Assembly: GCF_006345805.1 (NCBI RefSeq)
Contig: NC_042998.1
Location: 29,202,001-29,266,000 of the forward strand
Origin: Octopus sinensis
Lineage: Eukaryota
Length of the DNA stretch: 64,000 nucleotides
Reading direction: 5' to 3'
Positions 37,401 through 50,413 of the stretch are shown in pieces; position 1 is the stretch's first letter, and every line of letters begins with the position of its first letter. A program made the translations under genes and the position numbers. A model generated the notes under the pieces. It was not told the DNA's origin. It saw only the letters and a list, made by a program, of their open reading frames with translations, and did no database searches.

Positions 37401-38298
37401 CTCCTTAACATAGACGCATTCTAAATTACCCTAAATAATATAATATTTTGTTCTACGGTTGTCTATGTCGACTACTTGAATTTGTTCAGAAACGTAACCA
37501 ACTCCATCAAACACATCACTTATAAGGGCTTATGACATCCACTGTAACCGTTATTATTTAGACCAAGTCTAAAAAAAGGCGAAAATCTAATCTATTATAT
37601 AAAATCCGTTCTGTCTGTCTGTGTGTGTGTCTTCTAGGATCTCGGGCATCCTCCATCCGATTGCACTTAAATTTTATATGTAAATACCAACGCTATCAGT
37701 CTTGAAAAAAATTACAAAAATCGATTCCAAGTGAGAATGCGATCGATAAAGTGAATAAAATCGTTTTTCTTTGAAATAAAAAAGAGTCTATCTGTATTTC
37801 TTCTTTTGCTGGTGTCTCAAATGTAGGTTAAATCAGTGTTTCTCAAATGGGGAGGCCTATGGGACGGTCGGACAAGTTGTTTTGAGAAAGTTTGGTTTAA
37901 ATATTTGACAACTCTGCACCGTCCATTGGACGGGGGGCGTTTTGCTCGTCATATATAATATCGTGCCACGTTCTACACGAACATATCAAATGAATAAGAA
38001 AACTGTAAAAGAGATTTAAATAATTTTTTTTCAAAATAACAGTGAAATTGTTGTAAGCGATCTTAATAAGTATATGTAACAATCTGTAACATTATCGTTA
38101 CATTTATTGTAGGTGCTTATTTGTTTTCGGAATGTGGAACCAAAACGTACATTTGTTAAATACGAGAGCGATTTTGAAAATATATAAAGACTATCATATC
38201 CTCATTTGACTTCAAGGCAACAAAAAGAAATTTTAGTGGAAACTTGATATCACTGAACATAATATATACGCATCCACGCACCATACATACACATACTT

Positions 38299-38341
<43 letters not shown>

Positions 38342-39054
38342 GCGTTGTTTCCTTTCCATTCAGTAAAATATATCAAGGGTATTCTGTAAATGTATGAAAG
38401 TTGAGCAAATTCATTTATGGTGATCCAATTTTAAAAAAATCTCGTACAAAGCGCTGAAGGCATCTGAAGTAATATTCTCTTGATACACATTATAAAAAGG
38501 AAAATACAATGTATTTGAGAAAAAAAAAGAAGCATTTTGTTTTATTTTGAAATATTTCCAAATCCTCGTAGGATGAAGCGAAAAATGTTGTATTGCAGTA
38601 TTATAAAAAAAAAAATCAAGCATAAATCAACACATAAATTTAACAAACGAATGCAAAACACCAAACACACACACACGCACACTTCAGTTTGAAAGTGTTG
38701 ATATTAAATCTCATATAATATGGGAGAGTGGCAATGTCTTGTATTTCGTTATTAATAATTCACAAGAAGGAGACACGCATCTATAATACCTGTAGCGAGG
38801 CAAGATGAAATTTTTCAATATATATATAATATATATAGCCAATTCTCAGCAGGAATAAGTGCTTTTCTCTAGTATATTCTTTCCCTAAATGTCATCTACT
38901 TTGATAATGAACATGGGGAATAAATCTGTAAGCTGGGAGCGTACAGATTTGAATAACAAACAGAAAGTCCGTGAACACATTTGATATAGGAGAAACCAGG
39001 AAAAGAAATGGTAAATGATACAAGAGAGAGTATAATCCCTAAAGAAAGGTTATG

Positions 39055-39299
39055 TATGTATGTATGTATGTATGTATGTGTGTGTTTATGTATGTTTGTA
39101 TTTATGTGTGTTTATGAATATATACATATGTATATAAGCATATCTATTGATGCTCATAATATGCATGCAAATGTTTTCACCTATATTATACCTTCACATA
39201 TCAATGCATGTATGTATGCATGTATGTATCTATCTATGCATGTATGTATATACATACATATCTATCTATCTATCTGTCTATCTATCTCTCATCTCTCTG

Positions 39300-39330
<31 letters not shown>

Positions 39331-39460
39331 CTCATCTCTCTGTCTGTCTATCTATCTATCTATCTCTCATCTCTCTGTCTGTCTATCTATCTATCTATCT
39401 CTCATCTCTCTGTCTGTCTATCTATCTATCTATCTATCTATATATATATATATATCTAAG
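39055..39460. repeat. (TATG)n/(TCTA)n microsatellite with repeated CTCTCATCTCTCTGTC units
   Basis: Read directly. Confidence 0.9.
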
Positions 39461-40716
39461 ATTAAGTTATTAGTATTCCAGCGGAATTGAACGAGTGGTG
39501 TGTAGTATGAGAAAACATTAAACCAGGAGGGTAGAGGCATCATTAAGTTTCGTCACTGCTGTTCAATCGACTGTTTGGAGGTTATAACGTAAGTTTAAAT
39601 AAGATCCTTACCTATTCTAAAAATGTAGAAGGCGAGATCATGTTTATAGATTAGTATTTATCTGTGGAAATATAAAGGAGTGTAGCTTTATAGCGTCTAA
39701 AACAACCCACTACCAACCTACACGGCGAGATATTTATATACGTCGACCGAGATATTTATATTGTCCTTCTTCAAGCGGTTGCAACCCAGATGTCATGCTG
39801 CCATAAAAGCGAATAAATTAAACATTACGTATGCTTTAAACCTCCGCTGATTAAACAGCAAGAAATGCCTTCGCCATCTCTTTTATTTTCAATCTACAAC
39901 TGGTTATTATTATTTTTTTTAGCCAGTCATGATATTTTTACTTTATCTACACTCGTCTCGTACTTGAGTGATTTCCGTACGTTTTTTGTACATGGTTTAG
40001 ATTTTGTAGTTTTATGGAAAATACTTTAAAAGTAGTTCCCAAGCCTGTTTGCTAATGTTATAAATTTTAATTTGAATAACGGATTATATCGCTTTCCAGA
40101 TATCCTTGAACAAGTATCTTCAGGTTTTAAAACAGTATTTGTATAATATTTCACTCATTCTGTGTAACCACTCCTAATAAAGAATTGAATATTTCGTTAA
40201 AAACTTGCTTGTTTTAAGACTACGTATATTTTTTAAAGGGAAAACTACTTTTTACCAACTTTTCACCGTCACTATTGAGATGATGAGAATATTCCTGAAC
40301 ATATTGAAGAATTCCTTTGATGTTTACAAAGTGAATTTTGAGAGTTTTATACATTAAAATAAGTCATTTAAATTAAATGTAACATGAAAGGTGATGACTA
40401 TTAAGTGAGCTTTAAATATGGCAGAAAAATTCGAATTTTCGAAAACTTTATGAAGAGCCTCATGTATCAGTGGTTTGGATTAAAATTACGGAAGTATAGA
40501 AACAAGAACTCCGATATAAAATACCAGAGGTCAACGAAAATACTTTGCGTAGTGGATTAAAGTTATACAATTAGACCATAGTACTCATCTGAATATCTTC
40601 ATCCCATGCTGATATCGAAGGGTTCCGTGTTTTGTTTCTTCGTCGAAATAGAGTTGTCACAAAAGAATAGGTTAATAAACGTGCAATATAATATTAATGT
40701 CTTTGTTCTAAACGTT

Positions 40717-40881
40717 GGAGTAGCTGTGTTGTAAATAGCTTGCTTACGAACCACATGGTTCCGGGTTCAGTCCCACAGCGTGGCACCTTGGACAAGTGTC
40801 TTCTATTATAGCCTCGAGCCAACCAAAGCCTTGTGAGTGGATTTGGTAGACGGAAACTGAAAGAAGCCCATCGTATATATG

Positions 40882-40912
<31 letters not shown>

Positions 40913-41118
40913 TTGTGTCTATGTTTATCACCCCAACATCACTTGGCAACTGATGCTGGTGTGTTTATGTCCCTGTCACCTTGCGGTTCGGCAAAAGAGA
41001 CTGATAGAATAAGTACTAGGCTTATAAAGAATAAGTCCTAGGGTCGATTTGCTCGACTAAAAGGCGGTGCTCCAGCGTGGCCACAGTCAAATGACTGAAA
41101 CCATTAAAAGAGTAAAAG
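40717..41118 (+). mobile_element. Family A SINE
   Basis: Matches the family A consensus. Confidence 0.9.
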
Positions 41119-41669
41119 TGATCGATTTTGCATGGCTAAGTGCAAAAGTATCAATAGGTATAGTGATTGTAGAGTAAAAATATATTAAATTCGAAGGAAA
41201 TTGTTGTTTTAAATCCTGGATAAGATTAAACAAATCTGTTACTGAATTGGAATTATTCCAAAGACGTAATTATGGATTAAGGCTAAAGATTAGCTGATAA
41301 AATCCGAAATGCATTTACTTGTATTGGCTTCAAATATTGGCACACGACCAGAAGTTGTGAGGGAGGGGTTACATCGATTAAACAGACCCCAATGTTTAAC
41401 TGGTACTTATTTTATTGATCCCGAAAGGATTAAAGACACAGTCGATCACGGCAGAATCTGAATTCAGAGGGTGCTAACGATCTGTCAATCCACTGCTTTA
41501 TATATACTAATTTTGTTAACATTTTTGTTGAAAGAATTATTAAGTCTACTTGAAGAGCGATTGATAATGTTAGCTATGTGATCTTGCAAAATAAATAAGG
41601 CTCTTTTGTTTGATTACTAGTGTCTCTGTCCTATAAACTTGCTTCTGTGACAATGTTTTTATCATTTGT

Positions 41670-42055
41670 AGGGCAACGAAATGGCACAATCGTTAGCATG
41701 TCGGGCGAAATACTTCACGGTATTTCGTCTGCCGTTACGTTCTGAGTTCAAATACCGCCGAGGTGGACTTTGTCTTTCATCCTTTCGGGGTCGATTAAAT
41801 AAGTACCAGTTACGCACTGGGGTCGATATAATCGACGTAATCCGTTTGTCTGTCCTTGTTTCTCCTCTCTGTGTCTAGCCCCTTGTGGGTAGTAAAGAAA
41901 TAGTTATTTCGTCTGTCGTTACGTTCTGAGTTCAAATTCCGCCGAGGTCGACTTTGCATTTCATCCTTTTGAGGTCGATTAAATAAGTACCAGTTACGCA
42001 CTGGGGTCGATATAATCGACTTAATCCGTTTGTCTGTCCTTGTTTGTCTCCTCTA
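41670..42055 (+). mobile_element. Family B SINE, dimeric
   Basis: TATTTCGTCTG unit starts at 41721 and 41905. Confidence 0.88.
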
Positions 42056-42849
42056 TCGAGCGAGTTTTTGCCCTTTTGCTCGCGAGCTTTTGCCTCGGTG
42101 TGGGCAATGAAGAAATAAATATTCTTGTCATTTGTGTTTATATACTTTTAAAGAACATATCTTTTGTTTTTAAATATAGATCGAGCATATAGTTTGAGAT
42201 AGAAATGTGTGGTAGATTTATTTGGTTAACGTATCTGTTTTTATACTTGTAGAATCGAAATTTAAAACGTATCTTTGTTTGATTTTAGCATTTAAACTTA
42301 TACAGTTCTTAACTCTTTTATGAGAAAATATATTCTTGTCCCTTATAAATTTGATATCTTTAATCATTGAAAATAAATCAGCTTTGGATGGTTGCAGTAA
42401 ATAATAAGAGTGGCATTTTGGCGCTATTCAAGCGTGATTGTCTTTATTGCGTCTTTAGACGAGAAATTTTAGAAAATATTTCTAATAATCCTTTTGATAA
42501 ATCTTTCAGGTTCCTACAGAAGGCAATTATTATAGCTTATGTGAGTCATGGAAAATGTACTTGTAGCATTTTCAGAATCATATTTTATATTTAAAAAGTG
42601 TCTCCCTAAAAATAGTTGTTACCAAAGGGTAAAAATTAAAATATTAATAATAAGGAGTGCCATATGTTGCAGATAGTTAACTTTTTAAAAGACTAGTGGC
42701 AGCATTTTTTCATTAAACTCTAGCTTTTAAAAATGTGTTAAAAGAATAAATCTTAATATTTGAATATGTTAGCAGGGTTGTAGTTGGTATCAATAGCTAT
42801 GATATAGAGAACTTATGACAATAATCATTCAGATCTGTTATTTTGCTGT

Positions 42850-43200
42850 CTTCAGTTATTTGACTGCGGCCATGTTGGAGCACCGCCTTGGAGGGTTTTA
42901 GTCGAACAAATCGACCCCAAACTTATTTTTAAAGAAGAGAACTTATTTTATCGGTCTCTTTTACTGACGTAAACACACCAACACCGTTTGTCAAGTGGTG
43001 ATGAGGGAACAAACACAGACACAAAGACATATATACGCACACACATATACGACGAGCTTCTTTCAGTTTCCGTTTACCAAATCCACCCACAAGGCTTTGG
43101 CAGGCCCGAGGTTATAGTAGAAGGCACTTGCCCAAGGTGCCATGCAGTGGGACTGAACCCGGAACCATGTGGTTAGGAAGGAAGCTTCTTACTACACACA
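42850..43200 (-). mobile_element. Family A SINE, diverged with an internal deletion
   Basis: Matches the family A consensus. Confidence 0.8.
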
Positions 43201-43900
43201 CGTACTCGCACTTAAATCTATTCTTAAAATAGGTTTAAATCTTTCGCTGTATTATATTAACTGTTTTAAAATATATTTAATTTTTGTCTACCTTGTTATA
43301 TGCATTTAATTCTGGGAATCGCTACATTCATCTTTATTAAAAATTCCTTTGGTAAAGCGTCAATAAACTTAACTTATTGAGAATAATCCACAACAGATGT
43401 TCAACCATTATTTAAATGAATCCTTTCCAAAACGTATTCGATGGCGTCTTTTGTGTATTTCTCTTAGAATGCTAAAAGTAATATGACATTTATGGGACAT
43501 TACCCTACATCTCTCATGCTTCAGAACACTATGATATCTTCCAATATTAAATATATACTATTCTATTAATTGCCAGTCTGTCATATAAACCAATACATTG
43601 TATTTTATGTACGATGTAATTTAAATTTTCTAACAACATAGTATTAACTCGTATGCGTATTTGTTCTCAATAATAAACTCGAACAAAGATACATGCAAAA
43701 TATGCTTAACATAATGTTGTTATAATAGGCAACACTGCATTGCGACACACATTTATCATCACCTCCATATATTCATAACGATATATAGTGCAGCATTGTT
43801 CAAATATTTCGAAATACAATTTTAATTTTTCTAACGTAAACTACAAGTGTTAACACAAGTGGGTGTATGACTAATACAATAATGCAATATTATGTGAGTG

Positions 43901-43994
<94 letters not shown>

Positions 43995-44055
43995 TGTGTA
44001 TATAGCTACATGGATATGTGTCTGTGTATGTGTAATATATATATATATATATATC

Positions 44056-44262
44056 TCGTGAGTACCGCTGGCGATTTTTTTCCTCTGTCTTCCCTTCTCG
44101 GGATCTTTCCTTCACCTATGTTTCCGACGAAGAGCTCCGCTCGAAACGTTAGACCCTCCTTCTTCCCTTCTTTCCTGAGCGTCCAATAATACTTTATTTG
44201 TTCCACGTCCTCGCGTTGTTGTGTTTTTTGTTTTTTTTTTATGTTTTCTTGTTTGGATTAAC
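44056..44262 (+). mobile_element. Penelope-like terminal-repeat fragment with a hammerhead-like motif
   Basis: CCGACGAAGAGCTCCGCTCGAAACGTT; shares TTCCTGAGCG...TAATAC with the 2265 family. Confidence 0.6.
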
Positions 44263-44309
44263 TATATATATATACATAAATATGGATATGTATCTGTACA
44301 TGTGTAATC

Positions 44310-44342
<33 letters not shown>

Positions 44343-44345
44343 TTA

Positions 44346-45649
44346 TGGATTGATTGATTGATTGATTGATTCCAGTTTCAGCTTATGAGCTGTGGCCATG
44401 CTGGGGCACCGCCATTTGGTGTTGCTACTTGGTTTCACTTCATGGAGGCTTTCTAGCAACTGCTATTTGGTGCATGAGAGAGTTCGATGCAGCTGCCCTC
44501 ATCTGCCCCTCCTGCCGTGAAGTTGGTTCATCTGGGACACCTGACAGGAAGAGATCCAGCTCCATTTTAAAGACATCTGTATCCACCCCATGCAGGTCTC
44601 TCAGGTTCATCGGGAGGATATTGAAGAGCTGTGGGCCTCGGAAGCCCAGGCTATCACAGAATCTTGTCCTACATCTTGATGGCAAGTTTGGAGTCCTAGG
44701 CACCACGCAGTGGCGCCCAGTTCTGGCGTTTGCGTAACTCTCGATGCCAAAGTTCAGGACACTTCCCTCCAGGATCTTCCAGATGTATATTATGGCATAT
44801 CTTTCCCGCCTACGCTCCAGGGAATATAATTTTAATCTCTTGAGTCTTTCCCAGTAGCTTACATTCTGCATAGAGGCTATCTTCTTCGTGTAGCTTCGTT
44901 GGATCGCCTCAAGTTCTGTGATCAACTTGACACTGGATGGTGACCATAGCTGAGAGCAATAGTCAAAGTGACTTAGGACAAGTGTCTTCCAGAGGACCAT
45001 CATGGTTTCTTGTTCTCTTGTTCTAAAGGTTCTAAGAATCCATCCAGCCAGCCGTCTGCATTTCATTGTCAGTTTAGCAACATGTACATGAAAGGTCGCG
45101 TCATCACTCATGTGAATACCCAGGTCACGCACTGATTGTGCCTCTGGGATTGCAATCCCTCCGGGTCCAGTGTATTCCTTGGGTATTGCATTCAGTTTTG
45201 CATGCTGATAGTATAAAGCTTGAAACTTTTCAGCATTGAACTGCATGCTATTCTTTTCAGCCCACTTGTATATTTCGTCCAGCTCATATTGCAGGTGCCT
45301 AGTGTCTTCAGGGTTCTGTATTGCCTGTGAAACTTTTGTATCATTTGCATAACTTGTGATCGTGGCTCTCCGCGTGGCTGAGGGCATGTCTGAGAGGGCC
45401 ATTATGAACAGTAGTGGTCCCAAAACAGTGCCCTGTGGAACACCGCTCACTATTTGCGTGCTAATGGAAGTGGCCCCATTGGCTACTACCACCTGACTTC
45501 TATTCTTCAGAAAGTCGTGAAGCCATTCTCCTAGTTTTCCAACTATGCCAAGATCACGCAGCTTGTGACATATCATTCCATGATCGACTTTATCGAAGGC
45601 CTTTGCGAAGTCGAGATATATGACTTCCACATTTGAGTGGTTGAGCAGT
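44346..45649 (-). mobile_element. 5'-truncated CR1-group LINE (LINE 3) with (TCAA)n tail
   Basis: RT C-terminal half, 3' UTR stem-loop and tandem tail. Confidence 0.95.
44440..45649 (-). CDS. LINE 3 RT, uninterrupted but truncated; YADD motif reads YAND
   Basis: YLDFAKAFDKVDH, SGVPQGTVLGP, YANDTK, LYSLERRRERY; the upstream ATG in the ORF track lies in flanking DNA. Confidence 0.9.
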
Positions 45650-45682
45650 TGTATCTGTGTATGTGTAATATATAATGTGTTG

Positions 45683-46042
45683 AGGCGCAATGGCCCAGTG
45701 GTTGGGGTAGCGGACTCGCGGTTGTAGGATCACGGTTTCGATTCCCAGACCGGGCGTTGTGAGTGTTTATTTAGCGAAAACTTCTGAAGCTCTATGAGTC
45801 TCCGGCAGTTGTGTGTGTTGGGGTGAACCCTACTGAACTCTTTCACCACAACTCTCTCTCTCTCACTCTTTCTTCCTGTTTCTGTTGTACCTGTGTCACG
45901 GTGAATCTCCTCGAGAACTACGTTAAGGGTACACGTGTCTGTGGAGTGCTCAGCCAATTGCACCTTAATTTCCCGAGTAGGCTGTTCCGTTGATCGGATC
46001 AACTGGAACTCACGTCGTCGTAACCAACGGAGTTTCACGAGT
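45683..46042 (+). mobile_element. tRNA-derived SINE, family E
   Basis: GAGGCGCAATGGCCCAGTGGTTGGGG head, GGTTTCGATTCCC B-box-like motif. Confidence 0.85.
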
Positions 46043-46111
46043 CTCTGTCTGTCTGTCTGTCTGTCTGTCTTTCTCTCTCTCTACATCTCTACATATATAT
46101 ATATATAATAT

Positions 46112-46185
<74 letters not shown>

Positions 46186-46186
46186 T

Positions 46187-46349
46187 AGGCGCAGGAGTAG
46201 CTGTGTGGTTAGTAGCTTGCTTCCCAACAACATGGTTCCGGTTTCAGTCCCACTGCATGGTACCTTCAGCAAGTGTATTCTACTATAGGCTCAGGCCGAC
46301 CAAAACCTTGTAAGTGGATTTGGTAGAGGGAAACTGAAAGAAGCCCGTC

Positions 46350-46408
<59 letters not shown>

Positions 46409-46580
46409 TGTGTGTGTTTGTTTGTGTCTGTCCCCACACCATCGCTTGACAACCGTCTCGGCAAAAGAGACCGATAGAATAAATACTAGGCTTAAAAGAA
46501 TATGTCCTGGGATCGATTTATTCGACTAAAAATGGTGCTCCAGTATGGAATAAGTGAAATGACTGAAACAAGTAAAAGAA
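46187..46580 (+). mobile_element. Family A SINE with an internal deletion
   Basis: AGGCGCAGGAGTAGCTGTGTGG head. Confidence 0.88.
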
Positions 46581-46850
46581 TATATATATATATATATATA
46601 CATATATATGCATATATGTATATATACACATGTATATGCATATATATATATATATATGCATATGTACATACATATATATATCTATATATATATGACAATG
46701 AAAAATCTCAGAGCAATATATATATATGCATGTGCATATATATATATGCATATGTATATACATATATATATATGTATATACATATATATATATATGGATA
46801 TGCATATATATATATACGCCCACATATGTGTTTATATATATATATTCATA

Positions 46851-46884
<34 letters not shown>

Positions 46885-47489
46885 AACACAATACATAAAC
46901 ACGCGTGCACATACACATACACACGTGCACACACATATTCATGTGGTTTTTCGTGCATATGGTATGTATGTATGTATGTTTGTATGTATGCGTGCCTTTG
47001 ATATCTGCATATATATATAAAAGCTTGCTTGCGGCTTCTACCCCCCTCCTTATTCATAACGCTAATTTTTTGTTTGTCTTTTTTTTTTCCTTTTTTGCTT
47101 TACATTAACATGATATATAGTTATTGTCAATTTATTCTTCTTAATAGATCTTACTATATCTACAAATCTATTCTGCCTGAATACAGTTTCACTTTCATTT
47201 TAAATCTTACATTTAAATCTTGCTTTTCAGATTGTATTCACACTGAATTTCGTTTCTATTTTAAAAATGTCTCCTTAACAAAATTTATTACCCGAACTTC
47301 TCAAAAATCAATATCATTATAACTTTTTTTACTTCCTTCCCACTATCACAAGCCTATTCGCACATAGTTTTGGTGTAGATACTACGAATACTTTTACTAA
47401 TGTTTGTTTTCTCTATTACACCGCTCATACTTATTGCGAATTCGGCTTCAATATTCATATCATCAACGAAAAATAAACCTTTCTTTAAC

Positions 47490-47528
<39 letters not shown>

Positions 47529-47871
47529 ATACTACTACTGCTGCTGCTGCTAGTACAACTATTACCGCCACTACTGCTACTTCACGTACAAATACCACTA
47601 CTGCTAGTAAAACTACCACCACAACTACTACTAAACGTACTACAACTACTATTACTACTACACGTACTAATACTATTAATATTACTACTACTACTACTAC
47701 ACGTACTACTACTACTATTACTACTACACGTAATACTACTACTATTACTACTACACGTACTACTACTACTATTACTACTACTACTACTACACGTACTAAT
47801 ACTACTACACGTACTACTACTACACGTACTAATACTATTAATATTACTACTACTACTACTAGTATTACTAT

Positions 47872-47915
<44 letters not shown>

Positions 47916-47935
47916 TTACTTCTTCTTCTTCTTCA
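47490..47935. repeat. (CTA)n array with recurrent CACGTA interruptions
   Basis: Read directly; source of the poly-Leu ORF. Confidence 0.95.
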
Positions 47936-48137
47936 CGTATTACATATTGTTTTTAGTAATTACGGGTATGGCAGACGCATGCATTTTATTGATTTGTAAT
48001 AAACGTATCCATGTCACATTCGTATATTTAATTAAACTTAGACATTATATGTTATCCTGTTTATTCTTACAACTTTATCGACCACCCGTACGATAAAGGG
48101 CGACATTATAAGTAATGTACTGAAATCTTGTTTGTGT

Positions 48138-48156
48138 TATCAATATAGGACCATTT

Positions 48157-48202
<46 letters not shown>

Positions 48203-48715
48203 ACATATAGATACACACACATTCACAGATATATATATAGATGCGCACATACAAACAGACATATACATGCACACACACTCAAACATACACATACAGATGC
48301 ACACACGTTCACAGATACATATAGATGCAAACACAGATACATATAGATGCACACACTCACAGATACATAGATGCACACACACACACACGCTCACAGATAC
48401 ATATAGATGCACACATACACACACTCATAAACAGATGTATATAGATGCGCACACACACACACTCACAGACACATATATATGCACACACTCTCACAAACAG
48501 ATGCATATAGATGAACACACATTCTCACAAACAGATACATATAGATGCATACCCACACACTCACAGATATATATAGATGCACACATACAAACAGACATAT
48601 ACATGCACACACACTCAAACATACACATATAGATGCTCACACGCTCACAGACACATATACATGGGCACACACTCACAAATCAATACATATAGATGCAGAC
48701 ACACACACACACGCG
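48138..48715. repeat. CA-rich minisatellite (ACACTCACAGATACATATAGATGC-like units) with a ~340-bp higher-order repeat
   Basis: Block at ~48224 recurs at ~48562. Confidence 0.85.
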
Positions 48716-48727
48716 CAGATATAGAAA

Positions 48728-49450
48728 GGTGGTTTGAACATCAATGGCGAAATAGTGAGATATTAACACACGGCCATTTTGCAGATGGCGTACTCTTCGC
48801 CAAAACCACCGATCAGCTATAAACCATGCTGTTAAAGATGGGTACCCTTAGTCCAGCAGTGGGTTTTAAAAACGAACAAAATATGCACAGCCTGGAAAGG
48901 TAGCTTAAGGCTGAATAAACATGGGCAGCAATGTAATCTAATAGATAAAGGACTACGTTTACTCGGCTCAATGGAGGCCGAAATCTCGGAGAGAATATAG
49001 ACGTATGGTAGACGTTTACCTGAGTAAAAATGAGCTGAAAGCAAATCTGGACAAGGTCCTATGTGTCAGTCTCTTCAACAGCATCGTCCTACCTGCGATC
49101 TTATACGCAAATGAGACATGGGCAACAACTAAGAGAGAATAAGATCAATTGGCTATGTCACGAGGGAATATCCATGGTAGGCATATCATTGCGAGAGCAT
49201 ATCCGAAATATATGCATACATATATGCATATATATTAAAGGCGGATCAGTCAGTGATTAAGGTGTTGCACTCACGATTGCGAGATCGTGGGTTCGATTAC
49301 CAAAGCTAAAAGCCTAAATTCCGCTGCGTAGAAAATGTTGCAAGATTCAAAGACAACAGATGAACCAGTGTAGTTTCCGAATGGAAACTAAAAGATTGGA
49401 AAGGCCCTCGGAAAATCTTTACGACGATGGTAAGTCGATTTATATATTAA
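48728..49450 (+). pseudogene. Decayed RTE-clade LINE RT fragment
   Basis: GLNINGE...LTH.HFADGVLFAKTTDQL...SLFNSIVLPAILYANETWATTKRE...MVGISLREHIRN. Confidence 0.75.
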
Positions 49451-50220
49451 AAAAATCACAGACTATTTTGACCAAGATAGAAAAGGAAGGCTCGGACAAG
49501 AAAGACTTAAAAGAACCCTTTGAACAGCGGTGTATGACACTGTCCGAATGTTTGGTAGATTAAGTGATACAATTATATACATATGTATATATGTGTGTGT
49601 GTACATGTGTGTATATAAATACATACATACATACAAACACATAGATACACATATCATACTAATTCTATTCTCTGTCTCCACGTAGCAAATTGTTTAAAAG
49701 ATTATCGTATATAAACTGATATGCTTCATCGATATTCAAACTTAATTTTTCTACACAAAAGACGTACTTAAATATCTGTTGCTTAGTTTCAAATCCTAAT
49801 GCCGTTCTTACTCTTCAAAATACTAAATATTTAAAACCCAACGAAATGTTTTATCTTCGCGACAATATAATCAATAAATAGTCTGAAGTAATTTACTGAA
49901 TTAATTTTTGATTCCTTAGTTCCTTTGAAAAAAATATTTAAGACTAACTTCATTCAGTTTTAAACATATTGCGGCAACTTGGCCCTTCTTTAAATTATAT
50001 TTATTTGACATACTTGAATATAATTTAGTCGAGCATAGACAAAATTACTTATTAAAAGAACCCGTTTAATATTTTATTAGTTTAAATGTATAATGCATAC
50101 AACTTAGTGATTATCTATTTCTTTTTCTTTAGAGTTCTTTTGTTGCCATAGATAACCGCACACACCTTATTCCATTTTGTAGTAAGGAGAGATACACAAA
50201 TAGAAAGAAGAAAGCAAAGG

Positions 50221-50263
50221 ATCACTGATGAGGTCACAGGAGTGTGACGAAAGAACTCTGGCC
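50221..50263 (+). ncRNA. Candidate minimal type I hammerhead ribozyme
   Basis: TCA | CTGATGA g | GTCAC aggagt GTGAC | GAAA | G aa C T C | TGG. Confidence 0.55.
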
Positions 50264-50375
50264 GAAATAAGATTAAGATTAATGTAAGAAATAAATAAAG
50301 CTGAAGCAAATTAACACCAAATATATAGTGCGTATGTTTTTATTGGCTAAATTGGCAACATGACCATTCCTAAAT

Positions 50376-50413
<38 letters not shown>

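Noticed and set aside
37588-37745. Helitron-like 5' end (ATCTATTATATAAAATCCG...)
   Set aside because: No matching 3' hairpin or CTAG end found; too weak to call.
47400-47999. 199-aa Leu-rich ORF resembling a membrane protein
   Set aside because: Translation of a (CTA)n microsatellite.
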